Positions 49,401 to 62,321 of a stretch of DNA of 64,000 nucleotides are shown here, piece by piece. The number at the start of each line of letters is the position of its first letter. Positions within the stretch are counted from its first letter, which is position 1. Origin of the DNA: Felis catus. Its lineage: Eukaryota. Below the pieces are notes generated by a model that did not search any database, was not told the DNA's origin, and saw only the letters and a list, made by a program, of their open reading frames with translations. The stretch is from NCBI RefSeq assembly GCF_018350175.1, contig NC_058368.1, positions 202,494,001 to 202,558,000 on the forward strand. Reading direction: 5' to 3'. Both the position numbers and the translations under genes were made by a program.

Positions 49401-52400
49401 GAGGTTTCTCTCTCTTTCACACACATGCACATATACATACTCTCATTCACTCACATACATTCACACACACACACAGACCCTATATTCAATTCAGGTTTCA
49501 GTAAGTACAGTGCTATTTAATGAACATGAGGTAACCCTTCTTTGGTAATTAGAACTCATGCAGCCTGTCAGTGCTATTGGTCTAAATATCAGTTAAGATT
49601 TTGTGTTATTGACAGTGAAGAAGGTGTGGAAGAATTTTGACTGAATGTGACTTGAACTTAATGACATGCTATTTCTTCAATGCTATTTGACTAAATCTCT
49701 AATTTGTATTTCATTTTTAGTTATCTGCCTCTTTTACTTGAATTATGAAAAAATATATAAATTAATTCATCTTGGTTATGGACAATCAAGGTTTAAACAT
49801 ATGGTATGGTTTTTATATTTATGGTCTACAAGTATAATTATGTTACAGTGTGGGAATTCAGTACCCCATTTCTTATTTTGAAGTCAGAACTGCTTGAGGA
49901 GAAGTTTACAACTATTTAAATTGTGATTATTCATTTTTATTCTGTATTTGCGTTTACAGTTTATAAATTCTGTATCTTTTCTCCTTTTATTTATTATCCA
50001 TAGCTTGTAATTACTGATATCTTCTCCAAAGAAAAAGTGTTTCCTCTTTTTACTTTTGTCCAAAAAGTCAAATTCACATTATATCACTTAGATTTTGTAG
50101 TTCTCTTGAGTATTCTGTGTGTCTTAGGCTATTTCTGAGCCCACTTCTTACCTGGGATGACAGACAAAACTGCTAATAAAGTGTGGTCAGTACAATGGTT
50201 AGACATTCAAGAGTGAAAGGACCCAGGTGCTTCACTCAACCAAGTTGAAAAGAATCACAGAAGGTGTTTTTGTGGAAGTGAACCTTAAATGGATTTGGAG
50301 ATCGCTAGGTTAAAGCAGGGGTGTCTGAGTGTTCTAGCATTGTGCAAGAAGACAGCATTACATGGGCAGCACATGGTAAGTCACATTCAGAACATTTGGA
50401 GAAGAGAGCTGGAGAGGATGCCCATGAGGTCATAGCTCTGGTAGGCTAGTGACAGATAGGTTTTGACCACCAAGACACAGTTGTATTCTCTACAGAGTTA
50501 GAGAGTTAGAGTAATTAGGGGAGCTCTACCGAGTGGGACGCTGCCATCATTTCCTTAGGTAAATTCATTTTTACAACAAGCATTTTATAGCATAACATGT
50601 GGAGTACAGCCCACAGATTTTATTCCGTGTGTAACAGAGCAATAAGTTAGGCCTTATCCTCTTAGATTAACAATTTTTTTTTTTCTGCGTGGATATAATG
50701 AAATGTTTTTGGTGAGTGCTAACTGAAGCATATCAACCAATATTTGTGTGTTTCATTAGGGCAAATCAGTTATTATAGACAAATCTTTTTGGATTTCAAT
50801 TTTGTTCTGTTCTATATGGGATATATTTTGTATAGATGTTTTATTCTCTATGGGATATATTTTGTCGCTTCATGTTAATATGCATACATTTCTTTTCTTT
50901 TTGAATTTTAAGATTACATGAGGTTAGAAATGATTGCTAAAATTAAAGGGCAAATACACAGTGAAATATTTTCATCAAGCAGAACATATCGGGTATTATT
51001 ATTAGATTATTACAATTAGGATATGTAGAGTTTGAAAAGCACAATAATAAAAAAATCAATAGCAAAATGTATAAGATAAGGGAAATGTTGAAAAATACAT
51101 ATATCCTGCAACTTTAATACTGAAAAAAATGAGGGCAAATGACTTGCTGTTAAAAATAATTATTTAATGCAAAACAATGAGATTTACTGAATTATACATA
51201 ACATTTCTGAATGATGAGTTTTGCTTCTCTATTATGTTTCTAATCTCAGAGGGCTATCATTAAGGAATATACTAAGACATTTTCATCTGTTGTATAGATG
51301 AGGGCCAACCAATGCTTCTTATGTTCGTGCTATAAGACGGTCTCCAGTTTTGTATTTCAATGTAGGAGTATCTAAGTATCATTCATCTTTTTGCTTTATG
51401 TGAAGATTATTTCCCTTATTCACATTGTTGTGTGATTTGCATTCTTTTAAAATTATAATAAGGGCATAATGCTACTGCTTTCCATTTTATAGTGCATGGT
51501 TTAGTCTCCCAGCATGTAAATTGTGGCACTGAGCAAAATGCTGATGGTTTATCTTGAAAAGATAGGATTGCTAGGTCTTATTGTTTCAGTAGCTTTCAAG
51601 CCAAGCATATAATTAATGTATGTGCGTGTGAAAATACGTTGCTATGCTTAAAATGTTTTTTCACATTTTGAATTTTATACTTTGTAAGAAAGGTTTCTGC
51701 TCTGAAAAGAAACCACACACTTGTAACCAATTAAAATAGGCTATTTAGTAAATGAATTCAAAGTATAAGGTTAGCTCTTTTATTTCGAAAATCATTCCTC
51801 CCCACTAATTTTGCTGAACCAATTGATGCATGTTGAGCTTGATTCTTGCTCCCCCCCCCCCCGCCTTGAATTGCCCTATGGGGTATGCTAATCTAGACCT
51901 ACCTTTCCATCTTTCTTCATAAACTTTTATTAGTTTCTCTGATATTTTGTAAGTTAGTTAGGTATTCTCCCTTTTTGGAGTGTCTCTAAAATGTCAGGAA
52001 GAAGTGGTCTTACACCAAACCCCTGGAAAGCACACCGATTCGCATCCACAGCCAATGATTGATAACTTGCCCTATTTAAATCAACATCTAGGAGCATACA
52101 ATGTGGACACTGGGTAGTATTTCATAGATGGCTGAGAGCCGCCATCTGTGCCCCGTAGAACTGGATTTTCTTATAAACCTCAAATGCTTTTATAGCTAAC
52201 ACATCTTAAAATAATGCCAGCACATGTTCTCTCTCCTCCCCTCCACTGGCCACTTAGTAGATGGCAGTAAGCCCACAAAACTGCCCTGCCACACTCCACT
52301 AATGACCCTATCGTCAGCACTCTTTATCTTCTGTGGGATCGTGTAGTTTGGCACAGCACAAAAGCCCCTCTCTGAGTGGTGAGTAAGAGCTGAATTCCAG

Positions 52401-53778
52401 CTCAGGCTCTGCTACCCAAGTTTTATTCACTTGGCAAGATACCCAACGGAACTGTTTCATTGTTTTGTTTCCCCTACATTTATTGGCCCAGAGGGGGAGC
52501 CTTTCTCTAATTATTGCCATGCTCCTGTGTGGTTTAGCTGTGTGCTTATCAGAGGTTACACAATGGAGTAGTGGTGCAATGAAAATACTTTGTATTCCTT
52601 ACAATATTGGAATACATTAATGAGGATATGAACTGAGAGGTTATCGTCCATCTTGGAATGGCAAATCAATACACAGGAGACTGTCTTTCCAGAACCTTAA
52701 AAAAGAAAGGAAGAATTGGAATTTATCACACCACTCTACTTAGAGAAACTTGAAATGACATTTTAATAAGGCATTTCCTCGGAATGGGCCTAAATTCTGG
52801 GGATATAGAAAGAAACTGATTTGGATCCTAGACCTCAGTGAGATGATTTTGCTTTTACTTACTTGTTTATTGATTGTGTTTTTTTTAGTTACTTGAGTGA
52901 ACCAGTAAAGATCTTTATTTTTCGAATCAGTTTCCATTTAGTAATGTACAATGTTGACTAAAAAGAAAAAAGACTTCTATGAAAAACATATATCACATAC
53001 ACCAATGGCACTGATTTCTCCAAAGCTATTCTGAACCTTGACACAATTTAGAATTGTGTCCTCAGTGCAGTAGTTCTTCCCTTAGAGCTCAAAATCTTAG
53101 CTGTCAAACTTCCCCTAAACTCATTAAGACTCATTTGTCTCTGTCAATGACATGTTCTCAAGAGCCAGTTCATGCCAGGCTGCTTTGTCTCACAGCCACT
53201 TTGAATAAGGCCAGTTTTCAAGAAAAAAGAGAACCTCTGCTTTGGAATGTATTATATCTCAGGAAATTACGTAATTTTTTTCTTTACAAAGTTCCATTTG
53301 CAGGGAAAAGTGCAGGTTAAGCACTGTCTAAATAAATTAAATGGTGCATAATAAAAATATTCTTTCTATAAAAAACTCAACGCAGAATACTGTATACTAG
53401 TCCAAATGAACATACTCGAGAGGTTCTGACCACCTTGACTGAAGGATAACAAGTAGTGTAGGATAATCTCTTAATACTCAGTTTAGAAATGCCTGTACCA
53501 TATGTTGTGATAAAAATAAAACATATATAACACTCTGATTATTTGTTTTAATTCAAGGGTAGATTTTCCTTCATTTGAAGAATAGATGATGTGTGGAATG
53601 AGCCCTGGTCTGTAAATACAGTTTCTTTCAACCTGTTTTTTTTTTTTTTTAAAAACAAAAGTGAATGCAAATGATTCTTAGATATACACAAGTGACTATG
53701 CTTCATAGCACCAGATTTTAATGGCTGAGTTTTAAGGGTTGGAACTGACATTCTCTTCTAATAATAGAGTAAAAATAA

Positions 53779-53989
53779 GGATGCCTTGGTGGCTCAGTTG
53801 GTGAAACGTCCGACTCTTGATTTGAGCTCAGGTCATGATCTCACAGTCGTGAGTTCGAGCCCCACATCGGGCTCTGCACTGACAGTGTGGAGCCTGCTTG
53901 GGCTTCTCTCTCTTGCTCTTTCTTTCTCTCTGTCTCTTCCCCATTCATGCTGTCTCCCCCTCTCTCTCAAAAATAAATAAACTTTAAAA
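53779..53989 (+). mobile_element. Can-SINE (SINEC_Fc2-like)
   Basis: 'gtccgactcttgatttgagctcaggtcatgatctc...gagttcgagccc'; TSD aat(a/g)gagtaaaaataa at 53763-53778 and 53990-54005. Confidence 0.95.
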
Positions 53990-54864
53990 AATGGAGTAAA
54001 AATAAAAAAAATTGCCTAAACAGATGGCTGCTACAATGACCACTGTTATCTTCAAACATTTTTGTCTGCTCTAACATAAAAGCAAATGAACTATTGAAGC
54101 TACAAATTTGTATAACCACAAATGTTTTAGCCTCTGATGTTTTGTTAAGATCTATAGTCTCTAACTTTGAACACCCGCAGCCTACTGAAGAATACAATAT
54201 TTAACAAATTATTAAACTAAGATGAGCCCTAAAATTGTATGAACAAAATATGTGATGAAAACAGAGAAGGGAGTTTCAAAAAGGATCTCAGAGATGTCAT
54301 ATTGGAACAGCATTTGAAAAAAGCATTCCTTGCATCAAACTCCTTCATCACAATGCCTCCTAGGTTATCCTGGTAAGAAATGGCACCTGCAGAATGTCAG
54401 GACCAGATTTATGACGTATACGAAGACCTATTTCAGTAGAGAGACTATTTTAAAGCCCAGAACAAGAGCAATTCTAGTAGAAGTGGTAGAAAGAGGGGGT
54501 ATGAGGAGAGAACAGAATAAAGAAACCGTTAAGAAGTAGAATGAACAGTACCAATTAGAAGGGAAGAGTGAGCAAAAAGAAAAAATTATCAGGGATCACT
54601 CAGTTTCATTGTTCCCTAAGATCATTAATATAAAAGAACTGAATGTGAGGCACAACTAATGGTACAGTTTTAAGCCTGATGATTATTCCTATTTTTTCAT
54701 GTGATGATTTTGTGTTTCTGAGAACATTCCTTTAATTTTAGATTGGTAGACTACGTCCAATATTATTTGGCATTCAAATCCAAAATGTGGCTTTTTTTTT
54801 TAAAGACCTGTCTACCACCATCCAGGCTCTGTCCTCCCTTGGTCCTTTCCCCCTGTGAATCCAG

Positions 54865-55030
54865 GCTGACTGGATAATTCCTGTTTCCACCTGTTACACA
54901 TGGGTGACCTTGGAAGAATATGGAAACCTCCTGTGCCGTCAGTTATGTTACCTGTCACATGAAGATGATAATAGGACATACCTCATAGAGTCAATGCAAA
55001 ATTTAATTTAGTTAATGCCCATGATCCTCT
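54865..55030 (+). mobile_element. MIR SINE fragment
   Basis: 'tgggtgaccttggaa', 'acctcctgtgccgtcagtt' and 'gataataggacatacctcatag'. Confidence 0.6.
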
Positions 55031-57099
55031 TAACTTATTTATTCATTTTTTTTGGAAAATGGAATTTAATTAAAGTTAAACTTTATTATTTTGACAAATC
55101 CTTGGGGAGCAAGCATGAGGAGTACTCTTTAGATCATGTTATGTTGAAAGCCAAAGATGTTCATTGGCCATAATTTTTTTTTTTACGCAAGCATACTTAT
55201 TTGTAAAATGCACAGTAGGACTTCACAATTATAAAACATTAAAAAATGCATGTAGCCCTTATATATGATGCCAATAGTTTTTGCCATTTAAAAGTACCAA
55301 ACTAAATCTTCATAATAACACATAAAAAATGATTTGGCAACTCTAGAGAAAACCAGATTTTCTTAAGAGCTTACCTTATGAGAAAATGTTTATCTTCAGC
55401 TATTTTTAAACTTAAGTGAGTACTTTTGATTTTGCCTATTTTAATTTGGTGTTCTGCCCAGACACCATTTGGATGTGATCAAAATGACTTGGTTTCAATA
55501 TACTCTTCATTTCTGGATTTTTCCAGTCATCATTAATTACCTGCTTCTCCCACCAACCCTCCATCCCCCACACAAAGCTACACAGTATTTCCTTCATTAC
55601 TTTGACACATTTAGATAAGCAGGAGCCTACATACTAAATACAACACATTGAAAGCCCTCACTATTAGAATAAACCTCCAAAGAGACCTTTATACTTGTCT
55701 CCACCTCTCAATTATCTAATGAAATCATATAAATTGGCTTTATCCAGGCTCTAGTTTGCCCTCATTATTCATCATCTACCCAATTAGTGACTAATGAGCC
55801 TATACGTATTGAGAAAGTAAAGTAGAATATACTGTTTATATTTTTAGTAGGGGAGGGGAAGTGTTTTGCCTTCTTTGGAGTTACTTAGTGTATAGTCAAA
55901 GGGCATGTGTAGCAAAGAGTTTTTGTTTTTGTTTTTTGGTTTTTTTTTTTACTTCTTTGAACTAGAGAAAAATGATATATCATTAATGCATCATGAGAAA
56001 CTTCTTTTTCTCCTTCATGCTGAGTGAAAAAGAAAAAAAGATCTTAGGAACTTTAAGAAGTATTAGTTCAGTGTCAATGAAAGAGAGAATAGATGACCTA
56101 TAAGTGATCTGCTTTTATTTTAAAGCTTAAAAGTACAAGTCAGTCTCTACTGTACTTGAATTCATTTAAAAGTGAGATTAGTTCTTGTCCTGTTTGTCTC
56201 TATTAAACTTTTAGATTCAGTAAAGCTAATGGCACCTTCACCAAATTGTACTTGTCTTTACTTTCATAATCATGTCTGTGATCTTTAATTACCACGCCAA
56301 TTAGATTTGCCTTCAGAACCTGTGCTTTTAATTTTAATGATGTGGTCTATACTTTTCTTATCACTGAGACTCAAAATCACAAGCAAAGATATTTTGGAAG
56401 AATTATCTTGTCATACTTCATAGATTTGGGGGACAGTGTAGGGCACTGAAGCAACACTTGGAAAGAGACATTTTCTTTGGTGTCTTTCCATTTCTTCTTT
56501 CTGGAGACTTTTGCTTATTTTAACATTTATGGAGCAGCATGAGCTTTCCTAAGGTTACTTAACCTCTCCGAGATTTGGATTCCACATTGATAAGATTGAC
56601 ATAATGATGTCTGCCTTTTCCCTCTGTTAAACTTGTTCGAAGAATCAAAAATCAAAATGAAAAATTCTGTGTTAGGAGTATTAATAACAATATCAATCAA
56701 TACAACCCAATAATGAAAGCCAACTGATCTATAGTATGAGTGCATACAGGCTGAAAGTCAGTGCTGGTCGAAAACACTTGGTGTAACTCTAGTGCTACAC
56801 ATTTGAAATGTAAGCTATTAGTGATATTGTTGAAAGGAATATTAATAGATGACTCTCAGAACAGAGCACCGTAATTTATAGGTACAAATCAATAATTACA
56901 GGATTTAGGGAAGGTACTCAGATATATTTAAAGGAAAAATGTCTTTCTAGAAAGTATATTATCAGATTGCAAAAGTAGTTAATAGCTCTGTTTGCTATTT
57001 TTGAGAATGCGCTGGCATATAGGTAAAGATTGTCATGGCTTTAGCCTACATTTAAATATAAGATTAGAACACCAGAATAATCTACCTGTATATTAAGCC

Positions 57100-57200
57100 T
57101 CTAAACATTTATTATATGTGTACTACATGCCATGCAATTGAGATATAAAAAATAATATGACACGATCGCTGTCCTCAATCTTCTCACATTCTATTTAGAT
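57100..57200 (-). mobile_element. L2 3' end fragment
   Basis: 'aaacatttattatatgtgtactacatgcca' and 'ctgtcctcaa...ctcacattcta'. Confidence 0.45.
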
Positions 57201-58239
57201 AGATACACAAGGAAAGAGTTAATGACAATGTAAAGGAAGTTGCTGGTCCCTGAGGAAGAGTATCTGTCTCAGTCTATGTGTAAAAGGATGTGAATGTCTG
57301 TGTGCTTGGGTTGAGGGGAGGGTAGAGAAGGGAAACTTTCTGGGAGAGAGCTGAAACCTAGGTTGACCCTTAATAATTTTACTTAGCTTTCCTTCCATTT
57401 TCTGCAATTTAGGGGAAATAGCACTCAGGTACTTCTGGAAAGCAAGATGATTAAATATGATAATATTCTGGAAGCCTATGTGCCAGAGCATGACAGCTTG
57501 GCTTAGAACAGGCCAGAACCTAAAGCAAGGCCCACAGTAAGAGGATAAGGAATTGGGAAGGAAGGTTTGTATGGAGTGGCAGTGTGTGAGATATTGCCAA
57601 AAAATCCCCAGCTCTGCATCCCTGGAGGGAAGAAATCTAGTCTATTAGATGGATCACGGTAGCTGAAAGATAGGGGCAATGGGAAAATAAGAGTTATCTC
57701 TAGGAGAGAGAGTTTTTCCAAAAGCAAAGGATAAGAATAAATGTTTATCTATAGATGAGCTAGTTGGCAAAGCCAGATTCATCAGGCCCGGATAGAGGAA
57801 TGGGAGTCTAGTCTTTAAACAGAAAGAATGGTTGGGTTTGGAAAAGACAAGAGAAAAAGGCAAGAGTCAAAGACCTAGAAGAGAACAGACAGATTATCTG
57901 GATGAAAAGTTTGCCATAGCATGGAGGCTTAACCAGTTGCCTAAACCGGGACCCATGGGTTGTGTCAGGTAAATAATGTCCTTTTGCTGCTATATTCTTG
58001 ATAATTTAGCCAAAGCTTTTTTATCCTTCCTGTTTAAGGTAAGCTTTAAGTCCTGTTTAAGACTAGACATTGAGACAGGGCTGAGTCTAACGGAAGGGCC
58101 CGTATGACCCCAACAGTGGGAGAAATGGTTGGCAAAAATTGAAAATTCAAATCTGGTATTTTATAGTAAATTCCTTGACTCACTGAAACTTAGCCAATAA
58201 TAAGACCAAGACTAAATGTTATCGAAAGCCTTCAGGGGC

Positions 58240-58345
58240 AGAGCAGAGCAGGAGTGGGCTGTAAACCCTAGCTCGTGCAGGTGACTCGTTCAGTGGCCTC
58301 AGGCAAGTCAATTACCCTCTCTCTCGTCATATTCCACATTTGCCT
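58240..58345 (+). mobile_element. MIR fragment
   Basis: 'gtggcctcaggcaagtcaattaccctctct'. Confidence 0.45.
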
Positions 58346-59571
58346 TTGACTTTGGTTGAGGGAACTTATGAATGATTTTTTTCAACACACTGTATTTATT
58401 TATTTGTTTGTGTTAAAATTTATCCTTACTGTATTTAAAATAGTATTTAAAGAAGCAATTGACTTTGTATAGGAATTAATATATTGACTACATGCTATGT
58501 AGAATAATTCCTATCTTTGTCTTCATCATTAAATTACTTGAGTCAGATGTTCATCTCTAACTTAGATGCAAAATAAAATATTGCTCAATTTTTCTTTGTA
58601 CATATATTCATTGCAGAGAAGGACAGTTTTCTTTTACAAATTTAATTTACTATGAAAAACTATTGAACTTTATAAGTTTTCTTTTTAAATTAGGGAAAAG
58701 AAATTTTAATCAAGGTTAGGATCATCAGTGTTTGTAGTTTGAAAATTTTCCTTTTCAGTTTGCTAATGAAAAGAGATTCATAGTTTAAGAATTTCTCCTA
58801 AGTCAAAGAATCTGAGTAATACTGCTGGCAATGTAAGCAAAATTAATTATCTTTTCAAATTACATTTCTTCTGAATAGTACTGATTAATGCTTCTACTTT
58901 AAGATCGCTGCTGAGGCCACACTATGGCTCATTGTGCACAGGTTTGAAAATCAATGCAAGATTTAATTCAAATGAGTAAATCTAACATTAATTTTTAAGA
59001 CAGTGGAGATTTTAACCAAAGATTATTCTATAATCTGTTAAGATTGTCGAAGATATTTAATTATTTATATAGTAAGTTTAAATATGTGGCCTAAAATGAA
59101 GCTGAAAGTAATAAAAGCAAAACTAATTCTGGATAGATGACTTTCATAAGAATTTAGGAGAATCCAATTACAAAGACTGTTAAGAAAGTAAATTTCTGTA
59201 TTTTAAAATAATGGAATAAGGTCTAGTCTTTTGCTATATTATTAGGTAAGGTAGAAAAGTAAAGTTGGATGAAATTTCAAAGTCATTTCACTTATAGCCT
59301 TTTAAAATTTAGGAATAATTTAAGCTGAGTAAAGCTATCTCATCCATGAACAGCTAGACTCTAGAATGTCCTTAAAATCATGTGAGCCTTAGTTACATTG
59401 AAAAGTCTCTAATACTCTGTAAAATTATTTTTCCAGAGATAATAATTCCCTTCTTTAATAATGTAGTTGATTCAAGATTATTGGAAATTGCCAGGCTATG
59501 TTTGCTGACACTGAGTAAGTAAAATTGTACAAATCACCTAATATCTAGATCACATCGATGGGATTCCTTGC

Positions 59572-59994
59572 TTTAATGGATGGAATTGTGTCTCCTCCAA
59601 ATATGTTGAAGGCTTAACTCCTAGTACACAGACTGTGAGCTTATTTGGACATTGGGTCATTACAAAGGTAAGCAAGTTGAAATGAGGCCATTAGGATGAG
59701 CCCTAATCCAGTATGACTGATGTCCTTGTAAAAAGGGACAATTTGGACACAGAGATGGACATACACAGAGGGAAGATGATATAAAAAAACAGAGAGTGTC
59801 CTCTACAAGCTAAGGATCCTGTGAGGCTAAGAGAATGTAGGAGAGAGGCCTGGGGCAGATTTTAGAGTCTGTAGAAGGAACCAGCCCTGCCGACATCTTG
59901 ACTTTGGACTCTAGCTTCTAGAACTGAAGTTTCCATAGTTCCAAGCCACCTAGTTTGTGGCACTTTCTTACTACAGCCCTTGAAAATTAATACA
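59572..59994 (+). mobile_element. MaLR solo LTR (MLT1C-like)
   Basis: 'gaattgtgtctcc...atatgttgaag', 'ccctaatccagtatgactg', 'gaaggaaccagccctgccgacatcttga' and terminal 'taataca'. Confidence 0.88.
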
Positions 59995-60157
59995 CTGCCC
60001 TCTGGCTTCCGATTACGTTTTCCCAGTGGGAATGAACAGAAAATGAGTGGAAAATGAGTGGAGAGAATGAGGCAAGCACAGTCAAAGCATTTTTTTCTCC
60101 TGGCAGTTTCTTAGCAAACTCTGTACTCGCATACAAATGTCTTCTCTAGATTCCAGG

Positions 60158-60215
<58 letters not shown>

Positions 60216-60484
60216 TCTCCCTCTCTCTCCCTCTCTCCCTCTCTCTCCCTCTCTCCCCCTCTCTCCCTCTCTCCCTCTCTCCCTCTCTCCCTCTCTCCTT
60301 TCTTTCTGAATTTCCAGGTGTTCAGAGGGCTCCCTGCTGCTGCAAGGCTCAGGTACATGTATCATCTCTTCACTGTTCACTTAAATCTTTCCCCCATCTT
60401 TTAAAATAATCCTTTATGAGACTCTTATGGACGTATCTGCTTTGCATGTAGCACCTTTTTCCTGGCAGTACCTTGACTAATACG
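59995..60484 (+). mobile_element. ERVL LTR33-like fragment interrupted by a CT repeat
   Basis: 'tgccctctggcttccg', 'ctccctgctgctgc' and terminal 'ttcctggcagtaccttgactaatac' match recalled LTR33; a short upstream piece lies at 59551-59571. Confidence 0.55.
60160..60300. repeat. (CT)n grading into a (CTCTCC)-type polypyrimidine tract
   Basis: Direct reading. Confidence 0.95.
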
Positions 60485-60529
60485 GTACCTCCCTACTGAA
60501 GGGAATTGATTACCATCTACTTTATACTT

Positions 60530-60712
60530 TAACTGGGCATTGTACATATGATAGCACTTATCACAGCATATTATGATTTGCTTAAGTCTTTCCATCTATA
60601 AAAGAAGCTCCTTAAATCTGTTTATTCTCGATTGTAAAGTCAGCACCTTATACAGGTTCTGATATAATGTAAGTCCTCAAAATATACTCAATGAATGGAT
60701 TCATAAATGAAT
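60530..60712 (+). mobile_element. L2 3' end
   Basis: 'atagcacttatcaca', 'aagctcctt', 'cagcacct' and 'aatgaatggattcataaatgaat'. Confidence 0.55.
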
Positions 60713-61329
60713 ATTTATTGTTTAATGTTTTCATATCCTGTCTTATCCACAAAAGAGACTTCAGGTAGCTAACAAAAATAAGCAACATGTAATATTAAAC
60801 ATGCATAGGTGAAGAAATTAAAACTAAAAAATAAGATCAGAGAAAGAAACATGAATGTAGTAATAAGTACATGAAACACCATAATATGCAGATACATAGC
60901 ATTATATTTATGTTTACATATTATATTTGTTTTGGAAAATAGGCTCTGTGCTTTCAACAGACAATGTGAAGGCAAAAGCAGGTCAGTTACATGAATCATG
61001 GGGTAAATGTGTTAAATACTAATTACTTAGGCAATGTGCACATAATCTAAATACTCAGACCAGATGCAAATATTAATCTCCACTGAATCTCCATGAAGAG
61101 GTGATCATGTCATGTCGTGAACAATGCCTTTAGTATGTTTCTACAGATAATTAAAAAGGGAATTGCACTATACGCTCTTGTGGCCGATAGTATAATGCCC
61201 AAATAATCTTCAGTAAAGGCTATTCCAGTGACACAAGCCAAGTAAAGTGATGTTGATCAGGTGCCCTGCCGGAGTGGATTAATCTAAGTATATATTCACT
61301 GGACCTAGAACACACAACTGCCTATAGTT

Positions 61330-61547
61330 GTTTTGTTTTGTTTTGTTTTTATTTTTTTAGTGTTTATTTTTGAGACAGAGAGAGCATGAGCAGGGAGGGG
61401 TAGAGAGAGAGGGAGACACAGAATCCGAAGCAGGCTTCAGGCTCTTGAGCTGTCAGCACAGAACCCGACGTGGACCTTGAACTCACAAGCCATTAGATCA
61501 TGACCTGAGCCAAAGTCACTCAACCAACCGAGCCACCCAGGCACCCC
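61330..61547 (-). mobile_element. Can-SINE (SINEC_Fc)
   Basis: Full-length with a (GTTTT)n tail; TSD tgcctatagtt at 61319-61329 and 61548-61558. Confidence 0.95.
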
Positions 61548-62095
61548 TGCCTATAGTTTTAATGTTATGATTTTTCCCATAATATTTATATCATCAATAT
61601 TATTTTTCTCACAATGATTTATATATTCTGTGGCAATGATTTTAAGTCTTTCAAGTATTAAGGATGCCGATAACCATATTGTTAACTGTTATAGGTGAAA
61701 ATATATGTTTTAATAGAAAGCCAGGCTATGAGATAGAAACTGCTTAGAAATGTTTTTAACCACCTGGTTCAGTTTATTTCATTATTTAACAAAGGAGATA
61801 AAATGTTAAAAATGGAAATATATTTAAAATGAATGGATATAAGCAAATTTATAATAGCCAGAAAATAAAAATGTCCCTTTCTTCCTCTTCCATTTTCCAA
61901 AACAAGGTTTAGTAAATAATGAGATTTTGAGCCCTGTATCACCTATTTGAGATGAAAACCATTATTGAATAAATAATTTAAAAAAATCTATGTGATAAAA
62001 TCTCACACTCCACACCTATTCTTTTTGCTGTCCCCGGGGGAAGAACATATCAGGAGAAAGTTCACAGATGGCTTATTGCTTGTCCTCAAAGAGAC

Positions 62096-62140
62096 AAAAA
62101 AAAAAAAAAAAAAAACAACAACAACAACAACAACAACAAA
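62096..62140. repeat. Poly(A) followed by (AAC)n
   Basis: Direct reading. Confidence 0.9.
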
Positions 62141-62264
62141 CTCACATTGATTGCCTTCAAAAGATTGCAAATCCAATGTTTACAGATCTCAGGGTGTAAA
62201 AAGGAATTATCATGGCCCAGTTTTTGAACCTATCTACTAACAAAATAGAAGTCTCTAAGGAAGA

Positions 62265-62265
<1 letters not shown>

Positions 62266-62312
<47 letters not shown>
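62266..62312. repeat. (TG)n microsatellite, about 23 units
   Basis: Direct reading. Confidence 0.95.

Positions 62313-62321
<9 letters not shown>

Noticed and set aside
50145..50185. Minus-strand donor CAG|gtaaga with a nearby acceptor (18-nt micro-exon)
   Set aside because: The polypyrimidine tract is weak, and isolated splice-like motifs are frequent by chance.
5977..53980. Recurrent ORFs resembling 'MAQSVKRPTLAQVMIS...' that look like a small gene family
   Set aside because: All lie within Can-SINE copies, so the similarity is that of the repeat.
60111..60409. Arg/Glu-rich and Ser/Leu-rich ORFs
   Set aside because: They are translations of the CT/GA microsatellite.
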